This document shows, piece after piece, positions 57,574-64,000 of a DNA stretch of 64,000 bases. Each line of letters opens with the position of its first letter. Position 1 is the first letter of the stretch. This stretch comes from an uncultured Bacteroidota bacterium. GTDB taxonomy: Bacteria > Bacteroidota > Bacteroidia > Bacteroidales > GWA2-32-17. The stretch spans positions 19,692-83,691 of the forward strand of contig CAILUD010000167.1 in the NCBI GenBank assembly GCA_903837285.1. The letters run 5' to 3'. The notes below the pieces were generated by a model, which had not been told where the DNA came from, searched no databases, and saw only the letters and a program-made list of their open reading frames with translations. Both the position numbers and the translations under genes were made by a program.

Positions 57574-58217
57574 TTTAAAATCTTTTGAATATTTGAAATA
57601 ATATTTGGTAAGGCTGAAGATAAATTTTCAATTGCTAGGTCTTTGTTCCAATTACTTTCGATTCTTGGTGCAACAAAATTTGATACTGAACGAATTTCGG
57701 CAAATGGAATTTTGTTCATTAAACAAACATAAAAAATAGCTGCACCTTCCATTGATTCAACATCAGGATGAAAATTTTCAATTACTTTTTTAATTATTTT
57801 CTTTTGTCCGTTTACAGTGTTAACTGTTATGCCATTTACTAAAGGAAGTTTTATCTTTTTTGCAAAATCATTTTTTAAAATTCCAGAGCTTGAAATTTTA
57901 TCTTTTTCATGAATCGGAATGAACTTACCATTATTATCAATTCCAAAATCAGCAAACTGTTCAGAATCTACATTTACTATTGAGCCAATTGGAAATTGTT
58001 TACTAAAACTACCGCAAATGCCAATATTTAAAATAAAATCTGGTTTTGACTTTCGAATTGCATCAGTTAGAAAATAAGTTGTTTTAACCATTCCAATTCC
58101 GGTAATTAGAAATTCTAGATTTGGGAAATCGGTTTGAAGTTTTTTAATAGATGAAATACTTCCTAATTCTCCTTTAGTTGCAATTACAATTAATATTTTC
58201 ACAGATAAAAATTTCAA
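57570..58217 (-). CDS. mqnB: futalosine hydrolase (nucleosidase fold)
   Basis: PNP/MTAN-like fold pattern (ESMEGAAIFYVC). The stop overlaps the mqnD start (ATGA). Confidence 0.65.
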   Translation of the reverse strand: MKFLSVKILIVIATKGELGSISSIKKLQTDFPNLEFLITGIGMVKTTYFLTDAIRKSKPDFILNIGICGSFSKQFPIGSIVNVDSEQFADFGIDNNGKFIPIHEKDKISSSGILKNDFAKKIKLPLVNGITVNTVNGQKKIIKKVIENFHPDVESMEGAAIFYVCLMNKIPFAEIRSVSNFVAPRIESNWNKDLAIENLSSALPNIISNIQKILK

Positions 58218-58339
58218 TAAACTTACTAGAAAAATTATAAATTAACAAGAATAATTTTTAAACATCCTAAATCCTTAGTCTTAAATCCTAAATTTCTAAA
58301 AAAAAAATGGTTATTTTGCATATTATAAAAAGCATTTAT

Positions 58340-58969
58340 ATGAGTGAGATTAAATTTGATCCAACAGAACACGAGGGTTTCTCTAAAATTGAAATGTATA
58401 ATTCTGATACTACGAATTCTATTGCAGAACATTACAAGTGGATACTTGGATTGATTGGTGAAAATCCAGAACGAGAAGGTTTGCTTAAAACTCCTGAGAG
58501 AGTTGCAAAATCGCTCCAATTTTTAACACATGGCTATCATCTTGATCCTGTTGAAATATTAAATTCTGCAAAATTTAAAGAAGATTACAAGCAGATGGTA
58601 CTCGTTAAAAATATTGAAATATTCTCGATGTGTGAGCATCATATGCTTCCCTTTTTTGGAAAAGCACATATTGCATATATTCCTAATGGTTATATTACAG
58701 GTTTAAGCAAAATTGCAAGAGTGGTTGATGCTTTTGCTCGACGTTTACAGGTTCAGGAAAGATTAACTTCTCAAATAAAAGATTGCATACAGGAAACACT
58801 TAATCCTCTTGGCGTGGGCGTTGTTATTGAAGCTCAGCATATGTGTATGATGATGCGCGGAATTCAAAAACAAAATTCTGTAACAACGACCAGTGATTTT
58901 TCTGGTGCATTTTTAAAAGAGCCTACCAGATCAGAATTTATACATTTGATAGGAGAGAAGTTACATTAA
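58340..58969 (+). CDS. folE: GTP cyclohydrolase I (FolE type)
   Basis: Active-site motifs [10 protein letters not shown] and [11 protein letters not shown] 58340 is preferred over the track start at 58307. Confidence 0.9.
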   Translation: MSEIKFDPTEHEGFSKIEMYNSDTTNSIAEHYKWILGLIGENPEREGLLKTPERVAKSLQFLTHGYHLDPVEILNSAKFKEDYKQMVLVKNIEIFSMCEHHMLPFFGKAHIAYIPNGYITGLSKIARVVDAFARRLQVQERLTSQIKDCIQETLNPLGVGVVIEAQHMCMMMRGIQKQNSVTTTSDFSGAFLKEPTRSEFIHLIGEKLH

Positions 58970-58979
58970 AAATTTGTAC

Positions 58980-59213
58980 ATGACTGAACTTCCACAACAA
59001 AATAACCCTCTTCACGGTGTCACTCTTGAGCATATTGTAAAGTATTTGCACGAATACTATGGATGGGAAAAATTAGGAAAAAAAATTAGGATTAATTGTT
59101 TTAATGATAATCCAAGCGTACAGTCAAGTCTTAAATTTTTAAGAAAAACTCCTTGGGCCAGAACAAAAGTTGAAGAATTGTATATTCGCTTAGTTGAAAG
59201 GAATATTAAGTGA
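58980..59213 (+). CDS. DUF2132/VF530-like small putative DNA-binding protein
   Basis: About 77 aa with [11 protein letters not shown]...YGWE.L and a ...[15 protein letters not shown] pattern. Confidence 0.55.
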   Translation: MTELPQQNNPLHGVTLEHIVKYLHEYYGWEKLGKKIRINCFNDNPSVQSSLKFLRKTPWARTKVEELYIRLVERNIK

Positions 59214-59278
59214 TTTTTAAAATAAAAAATCGTTGTAATTTTATTGTCTAATTTACAAAAAACTAAAATCAAATATTT

Positions 59279-59869
59279 ATGAAAACAATTTTAAAATTAT
59301 CATTTGTCATCTTTGTTATGACATTTTTATTTTCTTCATGTACAATGCAGAAAAGAGTTTATATGTCGGGCTACAACATTGAAATGAACAATGGAGTTAA
59401 TAAAACAAATAAAAAAGAATTTGCTGAGAATAAAAATGGTAAAGCTGTAAAAACTGAAAAATCTAAAAATGTAGAAGCAGAAGTAGTTCAAGAACAGCCA
59501 GAGGTTTTAATCGCTTATGATTCAGAAGTGGCTGATAAGAATTTAATGTCAACAACAGAAAATTATATAGTGCTTTCATCATCTTCAAAAATTAATAATA
59601 GTAAAATTGAAAGTAGTCCGTTAATAAGTAAAAAGAAATCTATTTCAGCTATTAAATCATATTTTAAAGCAAGAATGCACCAACCTGCATTTAAAGAAAG
59701 TAGCTCTGAAGAAGAAATTCTGTTAATTATTTTATGTTTTTTATTGCCTCCATTAGCTGTTGGATTAGCTACTAATTGGGATACTAAAAAAACTATTATA
59801 AGTATAGTTTTATCATTATTTTTCTGGGTTCCTGGTATTATTTATGCTTTAATAGTAGTGTTAACTTAG
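59279..59869 (+). CDS. lipoprotein-like protein with C-terminal YqaE/Pmp3 (UPF0057) proteolipid domain
   Basis: Lipobox LFSSC. The C-terminal 50 aa, ILLIILCFLLPPLAVGL...FWVPGIIYALIVV, match the Pmp3 two-helix module. Confidence 0.6.
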   Translation: MKTILKLSFVIFVMTFLFSSCTMQKRVYMSGYNIEMNNGVNKTNKKEFAENKNGKAVKTEKSKNVEAEVVQEQPEVLIAYDSEVADKNLMSTTENYIVLSSSSKINNSKIESSPLISKKKSISAIKSYFKARMHQPAFKESSSEEEILLIILCFLLPPLAVGLATNWDTKKTIISIVLSLFFWVPGIIYALIVVLT

Positions 59870-59913
59870 TTTAAATATTTTCTAAAATAACAAAAGACTA
59901 TAAATGTATTTTT

Positions 59914-59951
59914 AAAACCTTACTGGATAAATAATTCTGGTAAGGTTTTTT
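59914..59951 (+). terminator. intrinsic terminator after the lipoprotein-Pmp3 gene
   Basis: AAAACCTTAC...GTAAGGTTTT 10-bp stem (extendable by wobble pairs), followed by TT. Confidence 0.65.
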
Positions 59952-60092
59952 ATTGCTCTTTGTTTATCTTGTTAATAAATGAATTTCTGTTGTCCGCGTT
60001 ATAGTACTGGTAATTAATAAAATATAAATTTGATAATATTTTTTTGTAACTTTATTATATCTCTCTACGTCTTTCACAAAATCTAAAAAAAC

Positions 60093-60965
60093 ATGAAAAT
60101 TCAAATTGACAATTTAAACAAGCAATATAGTAACGGAGTAAAGGCATTAGAAAATGTTTCGCTTACTATTAATAAAGGAATGTTTGGTTTATTAGGACCT
60201 AACGGTGCTGGAAAATCTTCATTAATGCGAACTTTAGCAACTTTGCAAGATGCAGATAGCGGTACTGCTATGCTTGGTGAAATTGATATTTTAAATAATA
60301 AAGAAGAGGTTAGAAAAGTTTTAGGTTATTTGCCACAGGAATTTGGTGTATACCCTAGAACTTCGGCTGTAGATCTTTTAGATTATTTAGCCTTAATGAA
60401 AGGTTTTAATAAAAGAAGTGAACGTAAGGAAATGGTTAGTTATTTACTTAATAAAGTAAATTTATTTGAACATCGAAAAAAAGCTGTAAGCAGCTATAGT
60501 GGTGGTATGCGCCAACGTTTTGGAATAGCACAATGTTTAATTGGTAGTCCAAAATTAGTTATCGTTGATGAACCAACTGCTGGATTAGATCCTGGTGAAA
60601 GAAATCGTTTTTATAATATATTAAGCGAAATAGGTGAGAATATTATTCTGATTTTATCTACTCATATTGTGCAAGATGTTAGAGAACTTTGCACTCAAAT
60701 GGCAATTATGGATAAAGGTAAAGTATTGTTCAGTGGTAACACCGACGATGCTTTACTTCAAATAAGAGGCAAGGTATGGGAACGAAAAGTTAATAAGTCT
60801 GAATTACCACAATTTCAAAACGAATATAAAATAATATCAAATAAACTGGTTGGTGGAAAGCCATTAATTCATGCTTTTTCTGAAACCGAATTAGGTAATG
60901 GCTTTGTAAAAGCTGAAGAAAATCTTGAAGATGTATTTTTTGCAAAGTTGAATGAATTAGCTTAA
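60093..60965 (+). CDS. ABC transporter ATP-binding protein
   Basis: Walker A GPNGAGKSS, signature YSGGMRQRF, Walker B LVIVDEPTAGLD. Lies 20 nt upstream of the permease-peptidase ORF. Confidence 0.85.
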   Translation: MKIQIDNLNKQYSNGVKALENVSLTINKGMFGLLGPNGAGKSSLMRTLATLQDADSGTAMLGEIDILNNKEEVRKVLGYLPQEFGVYPRTSAVDLLDYLALMKGFNKRSERKEMVSYLLNKVNLFEHRKKAVSSYSGGMRQRFGIAQCLIGSPKLVIVDEPTAGLDPGERNRFYNILSEIGENIILILSTHIVQDVRELCTQMAIMDKGKVLFSGNTDDALLQIRGKVWERKVNKSELPQFQNEYKIISNKLVGGKPLIHAFSETELGNGFVKAEENLEDVFFAKLNELA

Positions 60966-60985
60966 TCACCAATTATTAAAAAATT

Positions 60986-63900
60986 ATGTGGAAATTTATA
61001 AAATACGAATGGAAATATTGGCTTAGTTCGCCAATGACCTGGATCTTTTTGCTGATAAATACTTTGCTAGTAATGGGCGCAGTTTCATCAGACAGCGTAA
61101 ATATTGGAGGTGGAGTTGGAAGTGTACACAAAAATGCGCCTTATGTTATACAAACTTATTATGGTGTAATGTCGTTAATTTGTTTGCTTATGACTACTGC
61201 ATTTATGAATGCAACAGCAAACAGAGATTTTGCTCATGATATGTATCAGTTTGTTTTTTCGTCACCAATTAAAAAACGAGATTATTATTTTGGAAAATTT
61301 ATAGGTGCTACTACAATCGCCATTATTCCATTATTAGGTGTTTCGCTGGGAGCATTGATAGGACCTTTTATGCCTTGGGCTCAACCTGAAAGATATGGTG
61401 AAATAATCTGGAGTGGACATTTACAAGGGTTAATTACGTTTGGTATTCCTAATACAATTATTGCTGCTGCTTTGTTATATTTACTTGCAATTATTTTCCG
61501 CAGTAATATTGTTTCTTTTGTTGGTGCAATATTGATTTTAGTTTTGTACGGTGTTTCTGCTGGATTTACGCGTGATATAGAAAAAGAATGGTTGGCTAAT
61601 CTACTCGATCCATTTGGTTTTCGTCCGGAAAGTATATTAGCAAAATACATGACAGTAGATGAAAAAAATCTTCATGCTGTTCCACTTATTGGTGCGCTTT
61701 TATCAAATCGAATAATTTGGATGACTATAAGCATTCTTACTTTAGTTGGGGCATATTTTAAATTTTCTTTTTCTGTTAAAAATAAAAAAGCAAAAAAAGA
61801 GAAAAAAGAAATCGAACATTCAATTATGCCGAATATGACTGTTATAAATTTTTCGGCAACAAATGCTAACTCTTTTTCTTTTTCGGCTCTATGGTATTTG
61901 ATAAAATTCGAAACAAAAGCAATAATAAAAAATCCAACATTTATAATTATTATTATAATTGGTTTAATTAATTTAATAGCTGCATTATCAGTATTTACAG
62001 GAAGATATGGTGCAGATCAATATCCGGTTACTTATGATGTGATTGATGCAATAAAAGGTTCGTTTTATTTATTTCTTATCGCTATTATAACATTTTATTC
62101 TGGAGTTTTGGTATGGAAAGAGCGCGATAACAAAATAAATGAAATTCAGGATACCACACCAACTCAAACATCAATGTTATTTGTATCAAAATTATTTGCA
62201 ATGGTTGCATCTATTGCTTTAGTTTTGGCATCAACAATAATTATTGGAATTATAGCACAAACTTTCTTTGGCTATTACCGTTTCCAATTGGATGTGTATT
62301 TAAAATCTTTATTGGTAATGGATTTATTGTCGTTTTCTTTTTTAGTTGTTATAGCTTTATTTTTCCATTACATAATTAATAATCGTTATATCGCATATTT
62401 TGCTTTTATTGTTTTTGTTATTCTTAACCAGTTTATTTGGGGAGTGTTTAAAATTAGCACAAATATGGTTAAGTTTGGTTCAACACCATCTGTTACATAT
62501 TCTGATATGAATGGTTATGGACCTTTTGTTTCTTCTACAGTCTGGTTTAGTATCTATTGGGTAATTTTTTCAGTATTAGTATGTATTGTTATCTTTTCTT
62601 TTTATATAAGAGGCAAAGAAACCTGTTTTGGACATCGTTTAAGAAATGCAAAATATTTATTACTGAAAAATAAATTTGTAATAACAGGATGTGCAATTGT
62701 TTTTGTATTGTGTTTAAGTTTTGTTTATTATAATACTAAGGTTTTAAATAAATATGATTCTCAAAAAGAGCAAGAGAATAAGCAAATAGATTATGAAAAA
62801 ACATACAAAAAATATGAATTATTAGCACAACCAAGATATTATAAGTATAATTATATAATTGATTTGTTGCCTTATGAACGAAGTATGAAAGCTACTATTG
62901 AAGTATGGGCAAGAAATATCTCAAATGAAACTATTAATGAATTGCATTTTACATTGCCTAATATTCCGGATAGTGTGAACATTATTATTAATGGGAGTAA
63001 ATTAAGGGTAAATGATAAAAGATTGGGTTATCGTATTTATACTTTAGATAAACCAATGCAACCCAATGATTCAATTTTTATGAAATTTGATGTGTCAAGG
63101 ATTACAAAAGGTTTTGAGAATGAAGTTAGTTTTACACAATTAACTCAAAATGGTACCTTCTTTAACAATACTGATATTACTCCTACATTTGGTTATAACA
63201 ATAATTATGAAATAAGCGATAAAAATGATAGAGTAAAGTTTAAATTACCTAAGCGGTTGCGCATGGCAAAATTAAATGAGGATGATTTAGTTGCGAGATC
63301 AAATAACTACGTAAGCAATAGTGCCGACTGGGTTGAAGTAAATACAACAATTAGTACAGCTAATGATCAAATTGCCGTTGCTCCAGGAAGTTTAATTAAA
63401 ACATGGGAAGCAAATGGAAAGAAATATTTTAACTATAAACTGGATCAAAAATCATTAGATTTTTATTCGTTTATTTCTGCAAAATATGAAGTTGCCCGTA
63501 AGAAATGGAATGGAATCGATTTGGAAGTATACTATATTAAAGTGCATGAGTTTAATGTTCCTAACATGCTAAAAAGCTTAGAAAAATCTTTAGAGTATTA
63601 TACCAAAAATTTCGGACCATATTATCATAAGCAATGTCGTATTATTGAGTTTCCACGTTATGCAGGTTTTGCTCAGGCTTTTCCTGGTACAATACCATAT
63701 AGTGAAAGTATCGGATTTATAACTGATTTGCGTGATGTTACAAAAGATGATATAGATCAGGTGTTTTATGTTGTGGCACATGAAATGGGACATCAGTATT
63801 GGGCTCATCAGGTATGTGGAGGAAATATGCAAGGTAGCGAGATGATGAGTGAAAGTTTTTCGCAATACTCTGCATTAATGGTAATGGAAAAAGAATATGG

Positions 63901-64000
63901 CAAAGATAAAATGAAAAAGTTTTTGAAATATGAAATGGATGGATATTTAAGTGGCAGAAGTACCGAATTTGAAGCAGAGCGACCATTGATGAAAACAGAG
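60986..64000 (+). CDS. ABC-2-type permease fused to an M1-family zinc metallopeptidase domain (partial; continues beyond the window)
   Basis: Not in the supplied ORF track because it has no stop in the window. ATG 60986 (MWKFIKYEWKYWLSSPMTWIFLL...). I read the frame by hand from 62042 to 64000 with no stop. The start codon and the HEXXH codons are in the same frame, and the window ends exactly on codon 1005. The N-terminal half is polytopic and hydrophobic. The C-terminal part carries HEMGHQYW (63779..63793) and the downstream SESF glutamate of HEXXH-X18/19-E. Confidence 0.8.
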   Translation, partial: MWKFIKYEWKYWLSSPMTWIFLLINTLLVMGAVSSDSVNIGGGVGSVHKNAPYVIQTYYGVMSLICLLMTTAFMNATANRDFAHDMYQFVFSSPIKKRDYYFGKFIGATTIAIIPLLGVSLGALIGPFMPWAQPERYGEIIWSGHLQGLITFGIPNTIIAAALLYLLAIIFRSNIVSFVGAILILVLYGVSAGFTRDIEKEWLANLLDPFGFRPESILAKYMTVDEKNLHAVPLIGALLSNRIIWMTISILTLVGAYFKFSFSVKNKKAKKEKKEIEHSIMPNMTVINFSATNANSFSFSALWYLIKFETKAIIKNPTFIIIIIIGLINLIAALSVFTGRYGADQYPVTYDVIDAIKGSFYLFLIAIITFYSGVLVWKERDNKINEIQDTTPTQTSMLFVSKLFAMVASIALVLASTIIIGIIAQTFFGYYRFQLDVYLKSLLVMDLLSFSFLVVIALFFHYIINNRYIAYFAFIVFVILNQFIWGVFKISTNMVKFGSTPSVTYSDMNGYGPFVSSTVWFSIYWVIFSVLVCIVIFSFYIRGKETCFGHRLRNAKYLLLKNKFVITGCAIVFVLCLSFVYYNTKVLNKYDSQKEQENKQIDYEKTYKKYELLAQPRYYKYNYIIDLLPYERSMKATIEVWARNISNETINELHFTLPNIPDSVNIIINGSKLRVNDKRLGYRIYTLDKPMQPNDSIFMKFDVSRITKGFENEVSFTQLTQNGTFFNNTDITPTFGYNNNYEISDKNDRVKFKLPKRLRMAKLNEDDLVARSNNYVSNSADWVEVNTTISTANDQIAVAPGSLIKTWEANGKKYFNYKLDQKSLDFYSFISAKYEVARKKWNGIDLEVYYIKVHEFNVPNMLKSLEKSLEYYTKNFGPYYHKQCRIIEFPRYAGFAQAFPGTIPYSESIGFITDLRDVTKDDIDQVFYVVAHEMGHQYWAHQVCGGNMQGSEMMSESFSQYSALMVMEKEYGKDKMKKFLKYEMDGYLSGRSTEFEAERPLMKTE

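Noticed and set aside
61381-63986. Minus-strand track ORFs 61381..61650, 63590..63865 and 63738..63986
   Set aside because: They lie antisense to the long open-ended permease-M1 peptidase ORF, which has clear motifs. The minus-strand translations are low-complexity.

Overview
AT-rich chromosomal segment that looks like Bacteroidota. The assignment rests on type IX secretion and gliding genes (porU, porV, a PorP/SprF-family gene, gldJ), a T9SS C-terminal sorting domain on a cargo protein, TAnnTTTG-type -7 promoter boxes, and A-rich leaders without Shine-Dalgarno sites. About 51 tightly packed genes are supported, and most are housekeeping. They cover LPS and envelope functions (kdsD, lptB, murF, wecA-like, AsmA-like), cofactors (pdxH, folE, ispF, mqnB/mqnD, nnr, polyprenyl synthase), RNA/DNA functions (tadA, tsaC, rsgA, rnr, recQ) and transporters. 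I found no rRNA, tRNA, CRISPR array or recognisable defence system. The window reads as mostly ordinary core genome, and I cannot point to a clearly novel multi-gene system. The items most worth a second look are listed here. (1) An HUH/Y1 transposase (RAYT/IS200-like) is framed by three same-orientation 75-nt triple-hairpin units. (2) A >1000-codon ORF is absent from the supplied track because it runs off the 3' edge; it fuses an ABC-2-type permease to an M1 zinc peptidase and sits 20 nt after an ABC ATPase gene. (3) An Nramp transporter is fused to an ATP-binding-type USP domain. (4) Two paralogous periplasmic-TPR/TM/coiled-coil/SpoIIE-PP2C phosphatases are present, one only 5 nt downstream of kdsD-lptB. 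(5) A 270-bp structured intergenic region is visibly more GC-rich than its surroundings. All calls come from reading the ORF translations and the DNA by eye; no database search was possible.
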